This document shows, in pieces, positions 41,541 to 52,400 of a stretch of DNA of 64,000 nt. The position numbers and the translations under genes were made by a program. This stretch comes from an uncultured delta proteobacterium. Lineage in GTDB: Bacteria > Desulfobacterota > Desulfuromonadia > Geobacterales > DSM-12255. Location: assembly GCA_963787125.1 (NCBI GenBank), contig CAWBBV010000016.1:64001-128000 (forward strand), read 5' to 3'. The stretch's first letter is position 1. Each line of letters starts with the position of its first letter. Under the pieces are notes generated by a model, which was not told where the DNA came from, did no database searches, and saw only the letters and a program-made list of their open reading frames with translations.

Positions 41541-41841
41541 CAAACCTGCATTGACACTCAAACATCCCTGCTTATTCCTCTAAAAAGCCATTGCCACCAA
41601 CTATCCCGATAATTGCAACCACCTTCCCTTAAAACCTGAGTTATCCCGCTAGCGCCATCATCGTTTTGCATTACAACCAACTGCTTCAGCTTTTCAGATT
41701 ACCTCGCTGCAAAATATCTGGACTATAAATTGCAAAGATTTAAAAAACTTTAATAAGATTTTTATTAAAACCTCAGGAGCAGCAAATTATCGGCTAAATA
41801 TTTCCATATATTTTAAGAGAAGATTTTCGGGAGATTGTCAA

Positions 41842-44800
41842 ATGAGCAGCTTGAATATGCGCTCCAAATCACTCGTTGCAGGGCTTATGATACTGGCGAC
41901 TGCAATCTTTTCCCCCCTGGCAACTGAGGCAGAGGCAGCCTTAGCCTGCTATAACTGCCACGGGACCAAAAGCACTCAGGATATCCGTCCCGAAGATGCT
42001 CCGTTCAGGAACAGTTCAAGCGGCGGTTTTCAGGGAAACCATAGAACTCATCTGGGTGATGGTGCAACAGCGCAGGCGTGCGCCAAATGCCACCCGGGCA
42101 GCGCCGCCTACACCTCTTCTCATCGGGACGGCTTGATCAAACTGGCCGCCAACATCAACAAATCCCCCCTTAACGCAGTCTACAAAAATACCACCTCGGC
42201 ATTCCCGCAAGCAGCAATTCACACCCTGGGCAACTGTGCCAATATCAACTGTCATTTTGAGAAATCCACACCGCAGTGGGGCTCCGCACCCCTCTCTGGT
42301 GTCGGCAACCAGGCATCTACCGGCGATTGCACTCTCTGTCACAGCGCACCGCCATTTAACGGGAAACATGAGGGAAAACACAGCGATTACTACGGCAACG
42401 GCACTACCGTCTGCAGCAGATGCCACCCTGATCACCGTAGTGAAGCAAAACCGTTTGCCCATGCCACCAGTGCCGGCCAGCGCCCCCTTGCCGTGCAGTT
42501 TACGACCTCGCCCAATTCGGGAGGGAGCTACATTAACGGCTCGGTCACCTATCCGGACTATCTCAGCCAGCTTTCCCCCCGCAACGGCACCTGCACCAAC
42601 TACTGTCATAGCGACGGCAACAAAGGTTCCGGCACCAGCCCTGGTCAGGCAACAATTGCCCTCTCCTGGTCTGATTCAAAAACGGCAAAATGTATTTCCT
42701 GTCACAAAGGGAGAACCGCCGAAGACAATACCGCCAGTAACTGCACGGCTATCGGCGGATCGTGGAATGCAACCCAAGGTCTCTGTTCACCTGACCTGAC
42801 CATGTCGTCCAACGGCCACCACCTGCTGGTAGGCCCGCAGTGGATCCGGAAATACCCTTGCTATTACTGCCATAACGCCACAGTCAGCACCGACAACGCC
42901 CTGGGAAACATCTCTTCTCTGGCTGTCCATGTAGACGGCAAACCTGATGTCGCCATTTACTCCAAGTGGAATATAGTCGGCCGGCCGGAGCCCAGTTACA
43001 ACAGGACTAAGAAAACCTGCGACAACATTTACTGTCATAGCGACGGGACGACAGACCCTGAACAGGTCAAGGAGTTTGCCTGGACCGACAAGGGGGCCAA
43101 ATGCAACACCTGTCACGGCCATCCGGTCGGCTCCTGCAGCACGGACGGCTGTCATGACGGCAAGCTGCACCCGGCCACCGCTATTGAGTCGGCAAAGGTC
43201 TGGCCGATTCTGACCGGCTGGGCGCCGGGCAAGGAGTGGATGGGGGCGATCCCCATGTTTCCCAACCAGGGCGTAGGGACAGCCAGGGCCAACTCCCACC
43301 CGCGCCATGTCCAGTCGGATTATGCCTGTGACGAATGCCACTATGCGACTATCAAGGCCAACGGCAACTGCCCCACCTGTCATGCCGGCGGTATTCCGCC
43401 CGGCGCCATGGGCGAAGTGTCTCACCTTAATGGCGACTTTCATGTCAACAAGATCAAGGATGTGCTTTTCAAACAGGGCGGGACCTACAATGCCGACAAA
43501 TCCTGCTCAGGCACCGCCTGCCACAAAGACGGGGTTGACCCGGTCTGGGGCGGGTCGGTCGGCGCTCAGGTCGTCTGCAAAAACTGTCATGGCACTACCG
43601 GCCCTGATCAGGACACTTCCATCACTACCGGTGGCAGTAATGCCAAAATCAATCTGACCGAGTGGGTGACATCCGGCCATGGCAGGTATTCCAGCTCCGG
43701 ACGTTATCCGGTGAGCAAGAACCCGGCAGCCAATTTCCCCGGCAACAACGCCTGCTGGTATTGTCATGACAACTCTATCTACCACAACGATCCCAACAAT
43801 GTTTTCCGCTTGCGCCAACATCAGCAGTTTGCGAAACGCTTTGAAGGCGAATGTGTTTACTGCCACATGACCCGCGCCCAGAGCGAGTGCCTTGCCTGCC
43901 ACAGCAACAGTGAATCCATGGCGCCCCAGCTTGTCAATTTCTCCGCTTCTCACAGGGCAACAGCTAAATGGCCGGACGGCACAGCCGTCATAAGACCCGA
44001 TCACCGCAACATGGAAAACGTCTCCTGCCTGACAGACCAGGGGGCAATCCAATGCCACTCCAGCGACCAGAAGACCCACAACACCGGCGCCGGCATCTGG
44101 AACGACGACCAGAAAGCTGACATCAAAAACCAGTACATGATGATGGGGGTCTGTCTCCAGTGCCATGATGACGACACCGGTGACAAGTGCGCCAGCTGTC
44201 ATGACTACAACAAGGATCCGGTAAAATATCCTCCTGCTAAATATTCGCTTGGTTTCAATGGCGGTTCCGGCCAGATCAAACCTAAAAAAGCGCGCGCCTC
44301 CTCGGTTCATTTCGGCTACAAACATTTCAATGACTTCAAAAACTCCGGCGGTTGGGGTAAAGACGCCAACGGCAAAACCCTGGGGGTCTGGAAAGGGGGC
44401 AAGTTCTGCTGGGACTGTCATGACCCCCATGGCGACAAAAACATTTATATGATCCACGATCAGGTGGCAACCTCCACTGACGGCCGCTTCGGTATCCCTT
44501 ATACACGAGCAGTAGTATCTTTCACCCGGACCCAGAGCGGCATCGACTATGCTAAAACTTCGGCCCCCTATAACGGCATCTGCAATGTCTGCCACTCACC
44601 GGAGAGCAAGCACTACCGGGCTGATGGCGGCGATGGCCACAATAGCGGCTCAAGGTGCACTATATGCCATGAACACCGCTTTACCGACAGTCATGCCAAT
44701 GAACAGCCGTGCAACAGCTGCCACCTGAACAAACCGGTGCCAAGACATTCGGCTTTCGGCCAGCCGCGGGACTGCACAAAATGCCATGCCCAGACCATCG

Positions 44801-46434
44801 GCAACCGCACTGATGTGATGAACAGTCAATTCGCCGGCAATTCTCATCATATCCAGGGGGTTGCTATCACCGCCCGGCAGTGCTACGCCTGCCACTGGGA
44901 AGCTACCCCGGAAGGGCTGATCGATGTCCGCTATCATAAAGGCTACAACTACCTCAACTATTCATCGACCCCGAATGCAGCGGTTGACCTGGTCATCTGG
45001 GGGGCCGGCATCCGGCCAACCGTTTACAAGCTTTATTCAACCGCCACCCAGTTTCTGGCAAATAATGTCAGCAGCGGCGTTATCCCTACGGAACGGGCTG
45101 AGGTTGCCAAAGTAACTCCGCACTGCATCAGTTGCCACAGCGACCAGAACAACAACACCCAGCCCTTTGGCGACTGCAAGACCCCCCGGCAATATGCCTG
45201 GGATAAACAGAGCATAGCGGCGCGCTACTCACAGACGGGGACTGCTCCCTGGGGCAAATCCCCGACTAATGGCAAAAGCGGCCTTACCAAAGCTTTTTCG
45301 GCGCACGGCAATGCTGTTGCCAATCAAGGTGGTTATAACAGCGCCACCGGAACCGATGCGACCATTAACAACAGCAGAAACGGTCTGTTTAACGTGCAGT
45401 GCTTTGACTGCCACAACTCCCACGGCACCCGGGTTGTCGGCACGACATCCAGTTATGTGACCTTTAACGGCACCAGAAACGGCGGCAACCTGAAGGAGAC
45501 CCAGGCCGGCAAGGGTGGCTATAAATACAATTACAAGGCCAAAGCCAACGCCGGCGACACGATCAACCCTTACAGGGAAGGGGGCGGCCAGTGCTTTGAC
45601 TGTCATATGAACGCTGCCCAAAACGCCAGTATCACCGGCATTGAAGGGTACAAGACCCCCTGGGGCTACCAGACCACCTTCGGAGCCTCCTCAAAAATAA
45701 TGGGGTATCTCGATTCACCTTCGTTTGGCCAGGCCAATACCGGCTACATGCTCCGCTACCCTTACAAAACAGTGCCGATTGCGGGCGGTCACCTGAAAGC
45801 GTCGACTCTCCTCAATCACTCAACCGGGACACAAAACAGGATCAACGGCCTCTGCACCCCCTGTCATGACCCCCATGGCGTCACCCCGACGCTCGGCTCC
45901 AAGCAGGATTTTGCCGTACCGCTCTTGAAAGGGACCTGGATGAGCTCACCCAATAAGGAAGACGTGGCAAATCCGGGCCAGGGCGGTGGGGCCCAATCCT
46001 ATGCAGATATTGGCGGCACCAGTGAAGATGTGGCCAAATTTGCCGGATTATGCGTCCGTTGCCACTCCAAGGGCAACTTGACCAACGGCGTCAACCATGA
46101 ATGGAAGAGCCAGGATCGCATCCACGAAGCGGTCAAAGGGTGGAAGAGCGCCAATGGAACTATCATGCACTCCTTTACCTGTTCCAAATGTCACGCGCCC
46201 CATACATCAGGGCTGAAAAAACTGATGATAACCAACTGCATGAATACCAGCCACCAGGGGCGGGTGACCGCAGGAACCCCGGTCCTCGAAGGGAGCGACT
46301 GCTGGACCTACAATAATGACGGCTCCCAGACAGAATGTTCACAAGGCAGCTTCCCGACCGGCGCCTATCAGCAAAACTGCCACCCGACCGGCTCCTGGCC
46401 GGACAACTCCTGGAACAGGGTGACGCCATGGTAA
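41842..46434 (+). CDS. Large secreted multiheme cytochrome c (CxxCH/CxxxxCH type), about 32 hemes
   Basis: Signal peptide ending AEA; manual count of 27 CX2CH, 1 CX3CH and 4 CX4CH. Confidence 0.95.
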   Translation: MSSLNMRSKSLVAGLMILATAIFSPLATEAEAALACYNCHGTKSTQDIRPEDAPFRNSSSGGFQGNHRTHLGDGATAQACAKCHPGSAAYTSSHRDGLIKLAANINKSPLNAVYKNTTSAFPQAAIHTLGNCANINCHFEKSTPQWGSAPLSGVGNQASTGDCTLCHSAPPFNGKHEGKHSDYYGNGTTVCSRCHPDHRSEAKPFAHATSAGQRPLAVQFTTSPNSGGSYINGSVTYPDYLSQLSPRNGTCTNYCHSDGNKGSGTSPGQATIALSWSDSKTAKCISCHKGRTAEDNTASNCTAIGGSWNATQGLCSPDLTMSSNGHHLLVGPQWIRKYPCYYCHNATVSTDNALGNISSLAVHVDGKPDVAIYSKWNIVGRPEPSYNRTKKTCDNIYCHSDGTTDPEQVKEFAWTDKGAKCNTCHGHPVGSCSTDGCHDGKLHPATAIESAKVWPILTGWAPGKEWMGAIPMFPNQGVGTARANSHPRHVQSDYACDECHYATIKANGNCPTCHAGGIPPGAMGEVSHLNGDFHVNKIKDVLFKQGGTYNADKSCSGTACHKDGVDPVWGGSVGAQVVCKNCHGTTGPDQDTSITTGGSNAKINLTEWVTSGHGRYSSSGRYPVSKNPAANFPGNNACWYCHDNSIYHNDPNNVFRLRQHQQFAKRFEGECVYCHMTRAQSECLACHSNSESMAPQLVNFSASHRATAKWPDGTAVIRPDHRNMENVSCLTDQGAIQCHSSDQKTHNTGAGIWNDDQKADIKNQYMMMGVCLQCHDDDTGDKCASCHDYNKDPVKYPPAKYSLGFNGGSGQIKPKKARASSVHFGYKHFNDFKNSGGWGKDANGKTLGVWKGGKFCWDCHDPHGDKNIYMIHDQVATSTDGRFGIPYTRAVVSFTRTQSGIDYAKTSAPYNGICNVCHSPESKHYRADGGDGHNSGSRCTICHEHRFTDSHANEQPCNSCHLNKPVPRHSAFGQPRDCTKCHAQTIGNRTDVMNSQFAGNSHHIQGVAITARQCYACHWEATPEGLIDVRYHKGYNYLNYSSTPNAAVDLVIWGAGIRPTVYKLYSTATQFLANNVSSGVIPTERAEVAKVTPHCISCHSDQNNNTQPFGDCKTPRQYAWDKQSIAARYSQTGTAPWGKSPTNGKSGLTKAFSAHGNAVANQGGYNSATGTDATINNSRNGLFNVQCFDCHNSHGTRVVGTTSSYVTFNGTRNGGNLKETQAGKGGYKYNYKAKANAGDTINPYREGGGQCFDCHMNAAQNASITGIEGYKTPWGYQTTFGASSKIMGYLDSPSFGQANTGYMLRYPYKTVPIAGGHLKASTLLNHSTGTQNRINGLCTPCHDPHGVTPTLGSKQDFAVPLLKGTWMSSPNKEDVANPGQGGGAQSYADIGGTSEDVAKFAGLCVRCHSKGNLTNGVNHEWKSQDRIHEAVKGWKSANGTIMHSFTCSKCHAPHTSGLKKLMITNCMNTSHQGRVTAGTPVLEGSDCWTYNNDGSQTECSQGSFPTGAYQQNCHPTGSWPDNSWNRVTPW

Positions 46435-46475
46435 ACGCTCTGAAGCGCTTGACGCCAGCAACCGGAGGAACGATC

Positions 46476-49400
46476 ATGAGAGACAACGGCATTGTCGCCA
46501 TGTTCCGGCTTTTACGCACCAGGCACCTTATGGCTCCGGCTCTCTTCCTGGGCTGCCTTGTGCTGCATTTTTCTGCGTCTTCAGCCTGTGCCGGCGGCGG
46601 CGACATCCTCTGGCAGCGGGCAGACACCCAGGCCGGCAAGCAGCAGGCGACCGCCTCGGCATATGATTCTTCGGGCAATGTAATCGTTACCGGTTACCGC
46701 AATCTTACCGGCAGCACCAATGATGATTATTACACGGTCAAGTTCAAGGCTGACGGCAGCGGCGTACTCTGGAGTGCGGCTTACGACAGGTCCGGCGGAT
46801 CAGACCAGAGTAACGACGTAACGGTGGACACCAATAATGACGTCATTGTTACCGGAACTATCTGGAACGGCATAAACCTCGATATTCATACGATCAAATA
46901 CTGCGGAACAACCGGCTCCAGCTCCTGCGGCGGTAAAAACGGCGGCGAAGTTCTCTGGGAACAGACCTTTAATGGCGCTGCCAACGGCAATGACGCCGCT
47001 GCAGTGATGAGCGTTGACCCCGCTAACAATGTCTACGTCGGCGGCTACTCCCAGAACAGCTCCGGCAAGGAGGATTATCTCCTCCTGAAGTATCCGGCCG
47101 CAGGCGGCGCGCCGCTTTGGCAAGCCCGTTACAGCGGTCCGGCCGGATACCCGGGGGTCAACAAGATTACGGCCATGGCGGCCGGTGCCAGCGGGGTTGC
47201 TGTTACCGGCCAGTCGTGGAACGGCACGGTCTTTGAGTGCGCCACCATCAAATATGACCTTCAGGGAAACCCTCTCTGGCCCCAGGTAAAACGCTACACC
47301 GACGGGCCCTATCCATGTTTTGGCAAAGTGCTGAAAATGGATGCCGCCGGCAATGTCATCATTGCGGCTTCAGCCTCGAACGGTCTTGATCTCGACATCT
47401 ACCTGGCAAAGTACGCGGCTGCCAGTGGTTCTCAATTGTGGGCTGCGACCTTTGATGGCCGTGAAAGTGACGAACCGAAAGGAATGGTGATAGCTGCGGA
47501 CGGAGATGTCTACATAACCGGCTATTCGTCGACCCAGAGCGGCCATTATGATTTCTATACTGCCAAACATGACGGCGCAAGCGGCAACACCATCTGGCGA
47601 AACATCTTCGATTCAGGCAATGGCAGAACCGACATAACCGCCGAATCCGATGCGATTGTCCTTGACGCTGCCGGCGGGGCGGTATTTGTCACAGGGTATA
47701 CAATAACCGGTGGGATCTCGTCCTTTGAAACCCTCAAATACAGGGCAGACAATGGCGAAAATATCTGGCAGCGCCTCTTAAATGGCGTGGAAGGTAAAAA
47801 CAGCCGCCCGGTCGGACTGGGCCTCGCCTCTGGCGGTGACCTGCTGATCGCCGGCTGGGCTGATACCGCAGCAAGCAGTCTGGATTATGTGGCTGTCAAG
47901 TATGACAGAGGAGTTTTAAATCCGCCGACCGGGCTGACTGTGCAGACACTCTCCAGCACGAGCATCAAGCTGACCTGGTCTGACAACTCTCTTAACGAAG
48001 ATGGTTTCAGGATCGAACGGTGCAAACTGTTTAACTGTTCCGACTTCGAGGTAATAAAAACCGAAGGCGCCGGAGTTACAACCTATACAGACATTTTAAC
48101 TTCCAATGACAAGGACAGCTATTTTTCCTACCGGGTGAAAGCCTTTATTGGAGAGACCTCCTCCCAGTACACCAATGTCGCCCAGACCCTGACGACAAGC
48201 GTGACGGCTGCCCCGCCAGCCTGGGCGTACAGCTACAACGGCCTTGCCGATAGTGATGATTATGCCGCGGCCATTGCTGTCGGCCCGGATAACAATCCGG
48301 TTGTCACCGGGGCCAGCCACGATTTTTTCCCCGGCTATACCATGGGAAACCTGACCTGGGATTACCTGACCATCAAGCTTGACAGGAATACCAATACTCC
48401 CCTCTGGTCTGAACGCTATGATGATCCCACCAGCGCATCGGACATATCCACCTGTGTTGCCGTTGACAGCGCCAATATTGCCACTGTTTCCGGTTATGCC
48501 ACCCTTAACATCAGTAACGTTGATGTCAATTCGCTTTTCACCCTCCGCTACAAAGCCCCGGCAGCTTCTCCCCAGGCGCTCACCGCCGACCAGTATAACG
48601 GTCCGGGAGCGACTGACGACCGCGCAGTGGCTATCGCCACAGCCGTAGATGCCTCCGACAATGTGGCGGTAGTCGGCTTCGGCAAGAATCCCAGCGGCAA
48701 CGATGATATCTACCTGCTGAAATACAGCGCCGCCGGTGTCCGCCTCTGGGACACCACCCCCTTTGACAACGGCGGGGACGACATCCCTGCGGCAGTCGCC
48801 TTCGCACCGGACGGGAGCATCTACGTAACCGGCTACAGTGAAAAAACTCCCCGCACCGAGCCGCGCACCTACAATTTTTACACCGCAAGACATAATGGCG
48901 CCAACGGCAATCTTATCTGGCGCGAACTCTATAGCGCCGCCCCCCCAGCCGGAGATAACAAGGCTTTCAGTCTGGCGGTTGATGCCGGCGGCGATCTGTA
49001 TGTCAGCGGCTACGCAACCAATGCCGCGGGCAACAAGGATTTTTATACCATCAAATACAAAGGGGCAAACACCACGGCGCTGAGACTCTGGGAACGCCCG
49101 GTTGACGGGCCGGGGCATGGTGATGACAATGCAGTAGGGGTGAGCGTTGATCCGATTGACGGCAACATCATCGTTGCCGGTAGCAGCAAAAGTGAAGCCG
49201 GCGACATGGATTATCGCGTCATCCGCTACACCCCGGCAGGAGATACGGTCTGGGACAAGAGTTACCAGAAACCGGGCAGCTCTGAAGAGGCCGGCGCCAT
49301 GGCCATCGATTCCAACGGCACCGCTTACCTTACCGGTGACAGCTATAACGGCACAACGCGCAGCAGTCTGACCGTCGCCTTCAATTACCTCAAAGGGGAT

Positions 49401-52400
49401 ATTGTCAGCGCTATCCTGTATAACGCCAACGGCAACAACTCCTCCACGGGGGCGATAGCAACAAACTCCGTCGATGAGGCCTTTGCCGCCGGGTATACTA
49501 CCAAGAGTGACGGCACTACCGATCTGCTTGTTTACAAGATCGCACCGGCCATCCCGTCGGCCCCTGCCCCTCTGCGGGCTGCCACGGCGACTATTACCTC
49601 GGCGACACTTGCCTGGCCCGGCAGATCAACAGGCAAGGACGGTTACACCCTGCAGCGCAAGTTCGGCGACTGCTCGGACACCAATCCTAATCCGTGGGGC
49701 GCTGCCATCCCGCTGGCGGCGGCTGCGACCACCTATGCCGACATAAATCTTATCCCCGGCGCTGCCTACTGTTACCGCCTGCAGTCATTCAGAAGCAGCG
49801 ATGCGACAGTTTCCCGCTGGAATCAGCTTAATGTGACACTTCCAGCCGTCACCGCTCCTGCCGGGCTGACAGCCACGGCAGCAACAAGCACCCAGGTAAA
49901 CCTGAACTGGAGCGACACGTCCCTTGGTGAAACCGGCTTCAGAGTCGAGCGCTGTGCGCTGGCAACCTGCGCTGACGCCGATTTCATCCAGACCGGCGCC
50001 ATCAGGCCGGCAAACTCAAACGGCTTCAATGACAGCGACGTCTGCGCCGCAACCGCCTACACGTACCGCGTCATAGCCGTCGGCACCGGCTGGGAATCTA
50101 CGCCTTCAAACATCTTCACCGCCCCTGCCACCCCGGCAGCTGCCGTTCCGGTTCTTACGGCGGCCAGAGCTTCCGAAACAGCGGTCAGCCTGACCTGGAC
50201 CGACAGCAATAGCGATCAGAGCGGCTACAACCTTGAGCGCAGTCTCGACGGCACCAATTATACGCCGCTTGCCACCGGGCTTGCAGCCGCCTTGCGCGCT
50301 TACAGCGACACAAGCGCCACTCCGGGGGTCGCCAATTACTATCGACTGACCGCCTACAAGAGTGCGACCTGCGGCTGGAGTTCGCCGAGCCTCCCCAAAA
50401 GCGCAGTCACTACCATTCTTGAACCGACCGGCGTTACCGCTACGGCAAACAGCACCACCCAGATTACACTTGCCTGGACAGACCGGACAACAAGCGAGAC
50501 CGGCTTCAAAATCCTGCGCTGCAGCGGCAGCGGCTGCACTCCGGGAGAACCGCCGCTGTTCACGACAGCAGCCAACGTCACTGTCTATAGCGACACTGCA
50601 GTCACTGAAAACACCGTTTACAACTACCAGATAGTTGCCACGAACAGCGTGCTACCCTGGAACAGCCTGGCGAGCACAAAAGTGGAACGCGCCACCCCCG
50701 CAGCGACAGCCCCGCAACTCCTTGCCGTGACCCGCATCTCTGAAGCACAGCTTAATATCTCCTGGAGCGACACCAATAGCGACCGGAGCGGCTTGCGGCT
50801 CTGGCGCTGTGCCGGGCAGGGCTGTTCCGTCTTTGCCCAGCTGGGCGGCGTCATAACCGCCCCCCTTAGCTTCAGTGACAGCGGCCTTTTGCCGAACACC
50901 AGTTACAGCTATTACGTGGAGAGTTTCAAGACGGTCACGACCGAGCAGTGGGCAAAACAGAGCGGTCAGCTGTCAGCAACAACAACTTTACTGGAGCCGA
51001 ACAGTTTTACGGCCACGGTCAACAGTACAACCCAGGTGACTCTCGGCTGGGCTGACAGGACTGCCAGCGAAACCGGCTTTGAAATCTGGCGCTGCGCCAA
51101 TCCCCCCTGCACAGCCAGCCTGCTGGCGACAGTCGGCACGAATGTAACTTCATACCCTGATACAGCCGCCTGTTACGGGACAGTATACATGTATCAGGTC
51201 ATGGCAACGAATAGCCAGACCCCCTGGTACAGCAGCGCTGTTTCACTGTCTGCCGGCGTTACCCTGCCGACACCGGCCCCGCCGGAATACTTTACCCTGA
51301 CACAACTGACTGAATCGTCAGTCCGACTCGACTGGAATGATCCGAACAGCGATGAGAGCGGCTACAAAGTGGAGCGCTGCACGGGGACCAGCACCTATTG
51401 CGGTGATGACGATGCCAAATTCACCGTCACCTACCCTTTGCCGGCCAACACGATAACCTATACAAACAGCGGGCTTGCCCCGAACAACAGCTATACGTAT
51501 CGTCTCCGGGCGTACAAGAGCGCCGACTGTCCCTGGAGCCTGGTGAGCGGCACCCAGAGCATCACCGCTACTGTTCCGGCGCCGACCGGTCTGACCCTCC
51601 AGGCGCTTTCGTCTACCGGTATCAAACTGACCTGGGCCAATACAACCCTTACGGAAACCGGTTTTGTGGTTGAACGCTGCAGCGGCGGCAGTTGCAGCGA
51701 CTTTTCAGTTCTGACCGCGTCATCTTCCATCGCTCCCCACGGGACAACCTTTACCGACTCCTCGGCTTGCAGCGGCACAGCCTACAGCTACCGGATCAAA
51801 GCCAAAAACGCCGGCCTCGGCTGGGAAAGCGGCTACAGCACGACCGTAACCATTGCAACCCCACACCCGTCACTTTCATACCCCAATCTTCTCCTTGATC
51901 CAAACTTTGAAGATGCCGCCAGTGGCTGGTCGGCCGCGCCTGATGGCGGCTCAGCGCTCGGCGCAGGCATCGATACGGCTCTTTTCTTCAATGGCGGCAA
52001 AAGCCTCAAGGTAGTCGGCGACGTGACAGAGGTTATGGGGAGAGCTCAGACTGTAGCCGTTGCCGCCGGCCAGCAGTACGTCCTCTCCGCTTATGTCAAT
52101 TCCACTCTGACCGCCGGAGCGGCCGGCTGTAATGTTTATGGCAGCGGCATTACGTCCGACCCCGGTTTCAGCCTTGAAGCAAATGACCCCCGTAATAACA
52201 GCTGGGTAAACCTCAATGAAGTGGTCACCATCCCGGCCGGAACAACCACGGTCTCCGTCCGGTGCGTCACGGCAGCCGGCTCCGTCGGTACGGTCAACTT
52301 CGATGCCCTCAGTTTCAACAAAGCTTTCACCGTCACCCCCGCTACCATTAATGAAGCAAAAATCAGCCTTTCATGGCCGAACGTCAGCACCGATGAAAGC

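Noticed and set aside
41540..41841. GEMM-I (c-di-GMP/cGAMP) riboswitch upstream of the cytochrome
   Set aside because: I could not find the GGCAAA...GAAA...GACGCAAAGC core here or upstream of the PilZ gene; an Rfam scan would settle it.
43507..44595. Long antisense ORFs (also 23786-24838, 27758-28735, 48096-49118, 59095-59820)
   Set aside because: They are shadows of well-supported genes in GC-rich coding DNA and show no recognisable motifs.
46335..46475. Upstream start of the giant ORF
   Set aside because: It overlaps the cytochrome gene; the GGAGG RBS and signal peptide fit ATG 46476.
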